56,121 nucleotides of DNA from Betaproteobacteria bacterium (lineage in GTDB: Bacteria > Pseudomonadota > Gammaproteobacteria > Burkholderiales > Burkholderiaceae_C), in NCBI GenBank assembly GCA_024641925.1, contig JAHECB010000001.1, positions 1 to 56,121 on the forward strand, in the 5' to 3' direction. Position 1 is the first letter of the stretch; each line of letters starts with the position of its first letter. A program made the position numbers and the translations under genes. Below are positions 1 to 8,831 of this stretch, in pieces. The notes under the pieces are model-generated. The model ran no database searches and was not told the DNA's origin. It was given only the letters and a program-made list of their open reading frames with translations.

Positions 1-120
1 AAACTTGGCCGCCAGGATCGTGGTGATCGCCGCCGTCAGCGTCGTCTTGCCATGGTCCACGTGACCGATGGTGCCCACGTTCACGTGCGGCTTCGTGCGT
101 TCAAATTTACCTTTTGCCAT
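1..120 (-). CDS. tuf: Elongation factor Tu, 5' part (runs off window edge)
   Basis: Reverse complement translates [40 protein letters not shown]; AGGAG RBS upstream; follows Tyr-Gly-Thr tRNAs as in tufB-type operons. Confidence 0.98.
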   Translation of the reverse strand, partial: MAKGKFERTKPHVNVGTIGHVDHGKTTLTAAITTILAAKF

Positions 121-210
121 TGTTGAAAGCTCCTGGCTAAAACCAAAATCAAAGGGACAGTGAAGACGGCCCTGGCGCTTTACACAACACACCAAGGCCT
201 GACAGAAATG

Positions 211-285
<75 letters not shown>

Positions 286-431
286 ATCGGCACGGGTTTG
301 GTTGCGAATGCCCTGGCTCAAGACCACGACCAAGACCACAAACAAACCGGTGACGACCTTCAGAACAACTGACCAACTACCGAAACACCAATCAAAACCC
401 GACTAGGACTGAAGCCCGGCCGACAGAAACC

Positions 432-505
432 TGGAGCGGGAGACGGGAATCGAACCCGCGTCATTAGCTTGGAAGGCTAGGGTTCTGCCATTGAACTACT
501 CCCGC
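432..505 (-). tRNA. tRNA-Gly(TCC)
   Basis: GCGGGAGTAGTTCAATGGCAGAACCCTAGCCTTCCAAGCTAATGACGCGGGTTCGATTCCCGTCTCCCGCTCCA; TCC anticodon, CCA end. Confidence 0.96.
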
Positions 506-609
506 ATCGACGCAGACACCGCGCGCGACCGATCGGTGCATGCCAGCGCCTTGAGCCTTCGCCCGGGCGCCAGCACCAAACCATCAACCGCATGCCTTGC
601 CAATTTCTC

Positions 610-695
610 TGGTGGAGGAGGCTGGATTCGAACCAGCGTAGGCGTAAGCCAACAGATTTACAGTCTGCCCCCTTTAGCCACTCGGGCACCCCTCC
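610..695 (-). tRNA. tRNA-Tyr(GTA)
   Basis: GGAGGGGTGCCCGAGTGGCTAAAGGGGGCAGACTGTAAATCTG...GGTTCGAATCCAGCCTCCTCCACCA; long variable arm, GTA anticodon. Confidence 0.97.
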
Positions 696-708
696 CGGAG
701 AACCCGTG

Positions 709-717
709 AGTGTAGCA
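709..717 (-). promoter_or_regulatory. Probable extended -10 promoter of tRNA-tuf operon
   Basis: TGcTACACT on minus strand, 13 nt upstream of tRNA-Tyr. Confidence 0.55.
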
Positions 718-727
718 CGACCGCGCG

Positions 728-1474
728 TCAGGCCGGTTGCCAGTGAATAGGCGGCAAATCCAAGCCTTCAAGCCATGCGTTGCATCGCGAAAAATGCCCG
801 CAGCCCACAAAGGGCGTTGGACCACGCAGGGCAGACAGGGGCGACGGGTGGTTGCTGCACAGGAGCCGGTGGCGCCTCAGGCTCTCGGCAGACCACCGAC
901 CCGCACTCAACTGCGCTTGCGCATGCTGGCCCCACAGCATGAAAACCTTGGGTGGACCCTGCTCAACCGCGTCGGCAAAAATAGCGTCAGTAAGTGCTCG
1001 CCAACCCATTTTGGCATGTGAGCCGGGGCGCCCGTCCTCCACCGTCAAACTGGTGTTCAGCAACAGCACGCCCTGAACGGCCCACGACACCAGGCTGGTT
1101 CGTCCTGCCGGTGGCATCGGCAGACCGAGGTCACGCTGCAACTCCTTGAAGACGTTGCGCAAGCTGGGCGGGCACCGTTGCCCATCGGGAACGGAAAAGG
1201 CCAGCCCTTCGGCCTGATCGGGCCCGTGGTACGGATCCTGACCCAACACCAGTACACGCACCTGCGCGCGCGGCGTGAGCTGTAAAGCCCGAAAGACATC
1301 TGAAGGGTAGACGGTGGCGCCAGCGGCTACCCGCGCATCCACGGCCTGCGTCAACGCTTGGCCCGCGGCACTGTCGCGCCAGCGCGACAGCAGCGGCCAC
1401 CAGTCGCTGCCCTGCAAGGGATTGAGCGCCTCAGCCAGCGGCTGCACCAGCCGGTTCTCAGGCCGTGCGGTCAC
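728..1474 (-). CDS. ung: Uracil-DNA glycosylase (family 1)
   Basis: GQDPYH, GLAFSV, PPSLRN, GVLLLN, HPSPLS motifs; start uncertain, GTG 1474 chosen just after trpC stop. Confidence 0.95.
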   Translation of the reverse strand: MTARPENRLVQPLAEALNPLQGSDWWPLLSRWRDSAAGQALTQAVDARVAAGATVYPSDVFRALQLTPRAQVRVLVLGQDPYHGPDQAEGLAFSVPDGQRCPPSLRNVFKELQRDLGLPMPPAGRTSLVSWAVQGVLLLNTSLTVEDGRPGSHAKMGWRALTDAIFADAVEQGPPKVFMLWGQHAQAQLSAGRWSAESLRRHRLLCSNHPSPLSALRGPTPFVGCGHFSRCNAWLEGLDLPPIHWQPA

Positions 1475-1481
1475 CGAACGA

Positions 1482-2279
1482 TCAGGCAAACAAGGTCGCC
1501 AGCGCGGCACCCGGATCGGCGGCACGCATGAACGCCTCACCGACCAGGAAGCTGTGCACGCCGGCATCGCGCATGCGCTTGACGTCAGCGCTGCTCAAAA
1601 TGCCGGACTCGGTCACCAGCAGCCGGTCTGTCGGCACACGCGGCAGCAGGTCCAGCGTGGTCTGCAGGCTGACTTCAAAGGTGCGCAGGTTGCGGTTGTT
1701 GATGCCCAGCAGGCGGGTCTTCAGCTTCAGCGCACGGTCCAGCTCGGCACCATCGTGCACTTCAACCAGCACATCCATGCCCAGCGCCTGCGCGCAGGCT
1801 TCAAGGTCCGCCATCTGCGCATCAGACAAACAGGCCGCGATCAACAGGATGCAGTCTGCGCCCCAGGCGCGCGCCTGTACCACCTGGTATTCGTCCACCA
1901 TGAAGTCCTTGCGCAGCACCGGCAAGGCACAGGCCGCCCGCGCTTGCACCAGGTAGTCGGCAGCACCCTGGAAAAACTGCACGTCGGTCAAAACGCTCAG
2001 GCAGGCCGCGCCGCCGGCCTCGTACTGCGCCGCGATGTCCACCGGTACAAAGTGTTCACGCAGCACACCTTTGCTGGGGCTGGCCTTCTTGATTTCGGCA
2101 ATGACAGCGGCCCTGCCCCGGGCAACGCGTTGGCGCAGCGAGGCCTCAAAACCACGCGGCGCCAGCGTGGCGGGCATGTGCAGCAGATCGTCACGAAGGC
2201 TCGCCAGGCTGCGCTGGGCGCGCGCCACCTGAAGCTCTTCATGTTTGACGGCGACGATGCGCCGCAGGATGTCAGACAT
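1482..2279 (-). CDS. trpC: Indole-3-glycerol phosphate synthase
   Basis: [41 protein letters not shown]; start MSDIL at 2279. Confidence 0.97.
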   Translation of the reverse strand: MSDILRRIVAVKHEELQVARAQRSLASLRDDLLHMPATLAPRGFEASLRQRVARGRAAVIAEIKKASPSKGVLREHFVPVDIAAQYEAGGAACLSVLTDVQFFQGAADYLVQARAACALPVLRKDFMVDEYQVVQARAWGADCILLIAACLSDAQMADLEACAQALGMDVLVEVHDGAELDRALKLKTRLLGINNRNLRTFEVSLQTTLDLLPRVPTDRLLVTESGILSSADVKRMRDAGVHSFLVGEAFMRAADPGAALATLFA

Positions 2280-2310
2280 CAGGGGTTCCGCTTGATGAAG
2301 TTCGGACGCG

Positions 2311-2808
2311 TCACAGCCTGGGGCCTGTGCGCGGCACTTCCAGCCGGGTGGCCAGACGGTCGGCCAACTGGTTGAGGTTGAAACTGTCGGACTTGCCGCG
2401 AGCCGGCACATCGATCAGTCGCGCCACGCGGCCCCGGTCGGCGTGGCGCAAGTCGATGGCCAGGCAGGTTCGTTTTTCGCCCGGCGCGACCTGGATCGAC
2501 CAGCCTTCGCCCGTGATGGGCAACGCCTGGCCGCGAACGCCCACGGGCTCGATGCGGCGCTGGTTGAAGTCAACCCGCCAGCCCGCGTCGGCCTTCATCC
2601 AGCGCCAGTTCAGCAGCATGCCCAGCATGATGCCCGCCAGCGCGGCCCAGGCCACCAGATCATGGCCCGAGAACCGGGCCTGAGCAGCCCATGCGCCGAC
2701 CGCGAAACACAGCAAGGCCAGCACACGCCCAGCCTCGTGCGGCTCAACACGGGGCAAAAAAAGCACCGGCTCGCGGCTGGCTTTCAAAACAAGCTGACCC
2801 AAGCTCAT
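2311..2808 (-). CDS. Hypothetical membrane protein (2 TM + soluble C-terminal domain)
   Basis: Fills trpD-trpC gap co-directionally; two hydrophobic segments. Confidence 0.7.
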   Translation of the reverse strand: MSLGQLVLKASREPVLFLPRVEPHEAGRVLALLCFAVGAWAAQARFSGHDLVAWAALAGIMLGMLLNWRWMKADAGWRVDFNQRRIEPVGVRGQALPITGEGWSIQVAPGEKRTCLAIDLRHADRGRVARLIDVPARGKSDSFNLNQLADRLATRLEVPRTGPRL

Positions 2809-2822
2809 ACCGGCTCACGCGC

Positions 2823-3857
2823 TCAGGCTGCGGCCAATGCCTGGGTGGCTTTGACAAATTGCGCCAGCTTGGCCTTGGCCGCACCGCTGGCCACGGCCTC
2901 TCGTGCACGCCGCACGCCGTCGGTGACGGTGGCCGCAACACCCGCGCAGTACAACGCCGCACCGGCGTTGAGCAGCACCACATCACGCACCGGCCCGTCT
3001 TCGTTGCCCAGCGCCCGCTCGATGCAGGCCACCGACTCTTCCTTGTTCGCCACCCTCAGCACACGCGAGTCGTACACCGGCATGCCGAAGTCGCTGGGGT
3101 GCACCACGTACTCGCGCACCTCGCCGTCTTTCAGTTCGCCGACCGCGGTTTCACCCGACAGCGAAATCTCGTCCATGCCGTTCATGCCGTAGACCACCAT
3201 CACGTGCTCGCTGCCCAGTCGCTGCAGCACGCGCACCAGGATGCCCACCAGGTCGGGGTGGAACACGCCCAGCAGCTGATTGGGCGCGTTGGCCGGATTG
3301 GTCAGCGGTCCCAGGATGTTGAAGATGGTGCGCACGCCGAGCTCCTTGCGCACCGGCGCGGCGTGTTTCATGGCCGCGTGGTGGTTGGGCGCAAACATGT
3401 AGGCAATGCCGGTTTGTTCCAGGCAGGTCGCAACTTGATCAGGTTTGAGCATGATGTGGGCGCCCAGCGCTTCCATGACATCGGCCGAGCCTGATGTGGA
3501 CGACACACTGCGCCCGGCATGCTTGGCCACACGCGCACCAGCGGCGGCGGCCACAAACACGGCTGCGGTGCTGATGTTGAAGGTGTGCGAGTTGTCGCCC
3601 CCGGTGCCCACGATGTCCACCAGGTGCGTGCGGTCGTTCACCACCACCGGCGTGGCGAATTCGCGCATCACCTGCGCTGCTGCGGCGATTTCGCCCACAG
3701 TTTCCTTCTTGACCCGCAAGCCCATGGCCAGCGCGGCGATCATCACGGGCGACATCTCACCGCTCATGATGCGGCGCATCAGCGCCAGCATCTCGTCGTG
3801 GAAGATCTCGCGGTGGTCGATGACGCGGGTCAGCGCTTCGGTGTTGGTGATGGGCAC
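2823..3857 (-). CDS. trpD: Anthranilate phosphoribosyltransferase
   Basis: [36 protein letters not shown]; GTG start 3857 with GGAG RBS. Confidence 0.97.
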   Translation of the reverse strand: MPITNTEALTRVIDHREIFHDEMLALMRRIMSGEMSPVMIAALAMGLRVKKETVGEIAAAAQVMREFATPVVVNDRTHLVDIVGTGGDNSHTFNISTAAVFVAAAAGARVAKHAGRSVSSTSGSADVMEALGAHIMLKPDQVATCLEQTGIAYMFAPNHHAAMKHAAPVRKELGVRTIFNILGPLTNPANAPNQLLGVFHPDLVGILVRVLQRLGSEHVMVVYGMNGMDEISLSGETAVGELKDGEVREYVVHPSDFGMPVYDSRVLRVANKEESVACIERALGNEDGPVRDVVLLNAGAALYCAGVAATVTDGVRRAREAVASGAAKAKLAQFVKATQALAAA

Positions 3858-3895
3858 GGTGGGGTACTCCGGGGTCTGGCGCCAGGGGTCGTTGG

Positions 3896-4906
3896 TCAAA
3901 GGTGCTGGCGCAACACGCCAATGGCGCGGTGAATATCGGCTGTGGACACATCAAGGTGGGTCACCAGACGCAGCTTGTACAAACCCGTGCAAGCTACGCC
4001 GGCCGCGGCCAGACGCTGCACGACGCCGGGCGCCTTTTCAGGCGCCAGGTCCACAAACAGGATGTTGGTCTGCGGCGGTACCACGCGCACACCAGGCAGA
4101 CCGGCCAAACCTTCGGCCAGCAAACGTGCATGGGCGTGGTCTTGTGCCAGCCGTTCCACCTGGTGGTCCAGCGCGTAGGTGGCCGCTGCGGCCAGCACAC
4201 CGGCCTGGCGCATGCCGCCGCCCAACATCTTGCGGATGCGGTGTGCGCGCGCGATCAAGGCCTTGGAGCCCACCAGCGCCGAGCCCACGGGCGCACCCAG
4301 GCCCTTGCTGAAACAGACTGACACACTGTCGAAGTGCTGGCAGATGTCCAGCAGCGCCGCGTTCACGGGCCCACCCGATGCCACCGCGGCATTGAACAGG
4401 CGCGCGCCATCCAGATGGGTGTTCAAGCCCCGACTGCGTGCCAGCTTGCAGGCCGCCTCGATGTAAGTCATGGGCAGCACCTGCCCGCCCCAGGTATTTT
4501 CCAGTGCCAGCAAGCGTGTGATGGGAAAGTGCGCATCGTCGGGCTTGATGGCCGCTTCGATATCCGCCAGCGACAGGGTGCCATCGGCGGCCTGCACCAA
4601 GGGCTGCGGCTGGATGCTGCCCAGCACCGCAGCACCACCACCTTCCCAGCGGTAGGTGTGTGCCATCTGGCCCACGATGTATTCCTCGCCCCGCTGACAA
4701 TGGGCCATCAGGCCGCACAGGTTGCTCTGGGTGCCGGTGGGCACAAAGAGCGCGGCTTCCTTGCCCAACTGCGCGGCGATGCGCGCCTGCAGGGCGTTGA
4801 CGGTGGGGTCGTCACCAAAGACGTCGTCACCCACAGGGGCTGAAGCCATTGCGGCACGCATGCCGTCGGTGGGCTGGGTAACGGTGTCGCTGCGCAGGTC
4901 GATCAT
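3896..4906 (-). CDS. ltaE: Low-specificity L-threonine aldolase
   Basis: [41 protein letters not shown] (PLP lysine), GGGMRQAG. Confidence 0.96.
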   Translation of the reverse strand: MIDLRSDTVTQPTDGMRAAMASAPVGDDVFGDDPTVNALQARIAAQLGKEAALFVPTGTQSNLCGLMAHCQRGEEYIVGQMAHTYRWEGGGAAVLGSIQPQPLVQAADGTLSLADIEAAIKPDDAHFPITRLLALENTWGGQVLPMTYIEAACKLARSRGLNTHLDGARLFNAAVASGGPVNAALLDICQHFDSVSVCFSKGLGAPVGSALVGSKALIARAHRIRKMLGGGMRQAGVLAAAATYALDHQVERLAQDHAHARLLAEGLAGLPGVRVVPPQTNILFVDLAPEKAPGVVQRLAAAGVACTGLYKLRLVTHLDVSTADIHRAIGVLRQHL

Positions 4907-4977
4907 GGTGCCGGGAGTGTAGCGAGCTCGACTGCAGCCTTGTAAGGCTCAGTGCCAGGACACCGCACAATGTGTCG

Positions 4978-5763
4978 ATGAGCAGCCCCTTTCGCCCTGG
5001 CAACGCCAAATGGGTCGACTGCCGCACCCACGGCGCCGGCAGTGGCGCGGAACTGATCCTGGTGGAGGGCGACTCCGCCCTCGATTCGGTCATGGCCGTG
5101 CGCAACCCACAGACCCAGGCGGTGCTGGCCTTGCAGGGCAAGCCCTTGAACGCCTGGGGGGCAACGCCAGCGCGGGTGGCCCGGCATGGGCAATTCCAAC
5201 TGCTGGCCAAGGCGCTGGGGATGGCTTCGCCGATTGCCGGTGGGGCGGGCGCAAAGGACCAGCCTGCGGGCGCAGGCAAGGCCCACACCACGCCCGATCT
5301 GTTTGCCCCGCCTGAGATGGACGGCGTCGCGGAAACACCCGACAACCACACCGCACGTTTTGAACGCCTGGTGCTGCTGTTCGACCCGGATGCCGACGGC
5401 ATCCACATCGGCGCGCTGATGGTGCTGTACGTGCGCCGCTGGCTGCCTGCACTGTTGCAGGCCGGGCAGCTCTGGCAAGTGCGGGCGCCGATGTTCGAAC
5501 TGGTGGCGGCCGACACCGGGCAGGTACACCAGGCCGATCACCCTGCGGCCTGCCAGGCGCTGGCCCAGCAGTTGACGCTGGCGGCCGCGGGCGCGCCGCC
5601 GCAGGTACAGGCCTACCGCGGCCTGGGCAGCGTGTCGCCCGCGGTCCTGCGGGACCGGTGTGTGGACCCCGCCACGCGAAAGGAACACCAGATCGGCGAC
5701 GCCGACGTGCAGGCGGTCATCGACGTGTTTGGTGGGGGCGTGCGCGGGCCGTTGCCCGGCTGA
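4978..5763 (+). CDS. Stand-alone type IIA topoisomerase B-subunit (GyrB/ParE) TOPRIM + tail protein, no ATPase domain
   Basis: ELILVEGDSA, QAVLALQGKPLN, FDPDADGIHI, YRGLGS, DPATR match GyrB ELYLVEGDSA, QAILPLKGKILN, TDADVDGSHI, YKGLGE, DPESR in the same order. Confidence 0.88.
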   Translation: MSSPFRPGNAKWVDCRTHGAGSGAELILVEGDSALDSVMAVRNPQTQAVLALQGKPLNAWGATPARVARHGQFQLLAKALGMASPIAGGAGAKDQPAGAGKAHTTPDLFAPPEMDGVAETPDNHTARFERLVLLFDPDADGIHIGALMVLYVRRWLPALLQAGQLWQVRAPMFELVAADTGQVHQADHPAACQALAQQLTLAAAGAPPQVQAYRGLGSVSPAVLRDRCVDPATRKEHQIGDADVQAVIDVFGGGVRGPLPG

Positions 5764-5782
5764 TCGCCCACGTCGCGCGCGG

Positions 5783-6385
5783 TCAAGCCGGCGCAGGCTG
5801 CCTTGCGCCCATGCGCAGGAAGTTTTGCAACAGCGCGTGGCCATGTTCACTCAAGATGGACTCGGGGTGGTATTGCACACCCTCCAGTGGCGTGGCCGTG
5901 CCGGCCAGTTCGCGATGGCGGACACCCATGATTTCACCGTCGGCGGTGCTGGACGTGATGTCCAGCGCCGCCGGCAGGCTGGCCCGCTCGATGGCCAGCG
6001 AGTGGTAACGCACCACGGAAAAATCCTGCGGCAGGCCTTCGTACACCCCCCGCCCGTCGTGGCTGATGGTGCTGGCCTTGCCGTGCATCTGCACCTGGGC
6101 CCGCACCACCTTGCCTCCCAGCGCAGCGCCAATGGCCTGGTGGCCGAGGCACACCCCCAACACCGGCAACTTGCCCATGAAGTGCTGAATGGCTTCGACA
6201 CACACACCGGCTTCGGCCGGCGAACAGGGTCCCGGCGACAGCACGATGTGGTCGGGCTTCAGCGCAGCCATCTCCTGAATCGTGATCTGGTCGTTGCGGA
6301 ACACCCGCACGTCCTGGCCCAGCTCGCCAAAGTACTGCACCAGGTTGAAGGTGAAGCTGTCGTAGTTGTCGATCATCAGCAACAT
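5783..6385 (-). CDS. trpG: Anthranilate synthase component II (glutamine amidotransferase)
   Basis: MLLMIDNYDSFT, SPGPCSP, GVCLGHQ, RYHSL, QYHPES. Confidence 0.96.
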   Translation of the reverse strand: MLLMIDNYDSFTFNLVQYFGELGQDVRVFRNDQITIQEMAALKPDHIVLSPGPCSPAEAGVCVEAIQHFMGKLPVLGVCLGHQAIGAALGGKVVRAQVQMHGKASTISHDGRGVYEGLPQDFSVVRYHSLAIERASLPAALDITSSTADGEIMGVRHRELAGTATPLEGVQYHPESILSEHGHALLQNFLRMGARQPAPA

Positions 6386-6387
6386 GT

Positions 6388-7863
6388 TCAGAACCCCTCT
6401 TCCACCAGCTCTGCAGCGCGGATCAGCGCGCGAGCCTTGTGCTCGGTTTCGCGCCATTCCATTTCAGGCACCGAGTCGGCCACCACACCGGCGGCGGCCT
6501 GCACGTACAAGGTGTTGTCCTTGACGATGCCGGTGCGGATGGCAATGGCCACATCCATGTCACCGGCAAAGCTGAGGTAGCCGCAGGCGCCACCGTAGAT
6601 GCCGCGTTTGACGGGTTCCAGCTCGTCGATGATCTCCATGGCGCGGATCTTGGGCGCGCCGGTCAGCGTGCCCGCCGGGAAGGTGGCGCGCAACACGTCC
6701 AGGTTGCTCATGCCGGGTTTGAGCAGGCCTTCAACGTTGCTGACGATGTGCATCACATGCGAATAGCGCTCGATGGCAAAAGCATCGGTGACCTTGACGC
6801 TGCCAGTCTGGGCAATGCGGCCGATGTCGTTGCGCGCCAGGTCGATCAGCATCAGGTGCTCGGCACGCTCCTTGGGGTCGCTGCTGAGCTCCTGCTCCAG
6901 TGCCTTGTCCAGCTCGGGCGTGGCGCCGCGCGGGCGTGTGCCGGCCAGCGGGCGGATCGTCACCTTGGCGCCTTCAGGCGTGTGTTCCTGGCGCACCAGG
7001 ATTTCGGGGCTGGCGCCCACGATCTGGAAGTCGCCCATGTCGTAGAAGTACATGTAGGGCGACGGGTTCAGCGATCGCAGCGCGCGGTACAGGGTCAGCG
7101 GGCTTTCGGTGTAACGCTTGCGCAAACGTTGGCCGATCTGCACCTGCATCATGTCGCCGGCCGCGATGTATGCCTTGCTCTTGTCGACCGCGGCCAGGTA
7201 GGCGGCCTTGTCGAACTCGCGCTCCACCGCGTAAGAAGGGCCGCGTTTGACGGGCGGCGCGGTGACGCTGTAGCGCAGTTTGTCGGCCAGCTCCGACAAT
7301 CGCTTCTTGCCCTTGAAATAGGCTTCGGGCAAGGCCGGGTTGGCGTAGACCATCAGGTACAGCCGACCCGACAGGTTGTCGATCACGGCCAGCTCTTCGC
7401 ACTGCAGCAACTGGATGTCGGGGGTGTCAATCCCGCCACTTTTCCAGGTGTGCGCCAGTTTGGGCTCGATGTAGCGCACGGCGTCGTAGCCAAAGTAACC
7501 GGCCAGACCGCCACAGAATCGGGGCAGGCCCGGACGCAGCGCCACCTTGAAACGCTGCTGGTAGGCCTCGATGAAATCCAGCGGATTGCCGTCGTGCGTT
7601 TCCACCACCTGGCCGTTGGTGACGACCTCGGTCTTGAAAGCACGCGATCGCAGCAGCGTCTGGGCCGGCAGGCCGATGAAGGAATAACGCCCGAAGCGTT
7701 CACCCCCCACCACGCTTTCCAGCAAAAAGCTGTGCTTGGCGCCGCCAGCCAGTTTCAGGTACAGCGACAGCGGTGTTTCGAGGTCGGCGAAGGCCTCGGC
7801 AATCAGCGGGATGCGGTTGTAACCCTGGCTGGCCAGACTCTGGAATTCAAGTTCGGTGATCAC
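6388..7863 (-). CDS. trpE: Anthranilate synthase component I
   Basis: FLLESV, NPSPY, GASPE, PLAGTRPRG, AEHLMLIDLARND, GAPKIRAMEII. Confidence 0.97.
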   Translation of the reverse strand: MITELEFQSLASQGYNRIPLIAEAFADLETPLSLYLKLAGGAKHSFLLESVVGGERFGRYSFIGLPAQTLLRSRAFKTEVVTNGQVVETHDGNPLDFIEAYQQRFKVALRPGLPRFCGGLAGYFGYDAVRYIEPKLAHTWKSGGIDTPDIQLLQCEELAVIDNLSGRLYLMVYANPALPEAYFKGKKRLSELADKLRYSVTAPPVKRGPSYAVEREFDKAAYLAAVDKSKAYIAAGDMMQVQIGQRLRKRYTESPLTLYRALRSLNPSPYMYFYDMGDFQIVGASPEILVRQEHTPEGAKVTIRPLAGTRPRGATPELDKALEQELSSDPKERAEHLMLIDLARNDIGRIAQTGSVKVTDAFAIERYSHVMHIVSNVEGLLKPGMSNLDVLRATFPAGTLTGAPKIRAMEIIDELEPVKRGIYGGACGYLSFAGDMDVAIAIRTGIVKDNTLYVQAAAGVVADSVPEMEWRETEHKARALIRAAELVEEGF

Positions 7864-7978
7864 GACTCACACCTTTTCACAGGCACCGCGTGACGGCAAT
7901 TGCGGGTCGCCGCGGCTCAATCGATGGGGTTGCTCGGGGCACGCCCGGCAGGCTGGCGGCTGCGCAATGCAGCCGGTG

Positions 7979-8071
7979 TCAGTGCTGCGAACGGCGCCAG
8001 GGCCAGGCTCCCGCGGCGCGATGGCCGGGCCGGCGGGCGGCATGATTCGATTGTTGGCAGTCGGTATTCAC
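7979..8071 (-). CDS. Putative trpE leader peptide (30 aa, MNTDCQQSNHAARRPGHRAAGAWPWRRSQH)
   Basis: GTG-started sORF in gph-trpE gap with two TGG codons (W-P-W); TGaTAGACT extended -10 ends 6 nt before the GTG; below ORF-track size cutoff. Confidence 0.65.
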   Translation of the reverse strand: MNTDCQQSNHAARRPGHRAAGAWPWRRSQH

Positions 8072-8083
8072 GGCGGGAGTCTA

Positions 8084-8776
8084 TCAGCGCGGCGCGAAAT
8101 TGGACTGCAGGCCCATCAGGGCGGGCAGTTCGTCCAGACGCTCGATCACAACGTCCGGGTTCGCACTTTGCACCGGCTCGCCATGGTTGTAGCCGTAGCT
8201 GACCAGCACCACCGGGCAGCCTGCGGCCCGGGCAGCAGCCGCGTCGTTGCTGCTGTCGCCCACCATCAACGTGCGGGCCGGGTCGCTGCCCAGCGCCTTG
8301 CAGGTTTGTTGCAGGGGCAAGGGGTCCGGCTTTTTGCGGGCGAAGGCGTCACCGCCAAAAGCGTGCTCAAAAAAGCCGCTCAGGCCCTTGGCCTGCAACA
8401 GCGGCAACGCAAAGCCCGTGGGCTTGTTGGTCAGGCAGGCCAGGTGCAGGCCCGCGTCGCGCAAGGCCTGCAAGCCCTCTTGCACACCGGCATACACGGC
8501 AGAGTGTTGCCCGTTGATGGCCAGGTAGTGGTGCTGGTAGCGCGCATAGGCCTGGTCGAACAGGGTCGCCGGCGCATGAACTGCGACCAGCGCCTGCGTG
8601 ATCAGGTGCTCCGAACCCTTGCCCACGGTGCGGGTGATGAACGCGCGGTCCACGGCGGCCAATCCCAGGTCAGCCCAGGCGCGGCCCAGCGCCACTTCAA
8701 AGTCGCCCACGGTGTCCACCATGGTGCCGTCCAGGTCAACGATGGCGGCTTGCCAGGTTCTGATGGGTAAGGGCAT
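8084..8776 (-). CDS. gph: Phosphoglycolate phosphatase (HAD)
   Basis: DLDGTMVD, LTNKP, KKPDP, MVGDS..D, YGYN; usual position upstream of trpE. Confidence 0.93.
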   Translation of the reverse strand: MPLPIRTWQAAIVDLDGTMVDTVGDFEVALGRAWADLGLAAVDRAFITRTVGKGSEHLITQALVAVHAPATLFDQAYARYQHHYLAINGQHSAVYAGVQEGLQALRDAGLHLACLTNKPTGFALPLLQAKGLSGFFEHAFGGDAFARKKPDPLPLQQTCKALGSDPARTLMVGDSSNDAAAARAAGCPVVLVSYGYNHGEPVQSANPDVVIERLDELPALMGLQSNFAPR

Positions 8777-8831
8777 GGTGCTGAAGGGTCCAGTTGTGGA
8801 TGATGGGCTGACGGTGGTAAGGGCCAGCTAT

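Noticed and set aside
319-339. CAAGACCAC direct repeat between tRNAs as CRISPR or att site
   Set aside because: Only two 9-bp copies, no spacers, no cas or integrase gene
3858-3899. N-terminal extension of trpD overlapping the ltaE stop
   Set aside because: GTG at 3857 has a GGAG RBS and matches the usual TrpD start
4978-5763. Calling the TOPRIM ORF gyrB/parE or a simple pseudogene
   Set aside because: No ATPase remnant upstream (only 71 nt to ltaE), frame intact, catalytic residues kept; decay is not fully excluded without dN/dS
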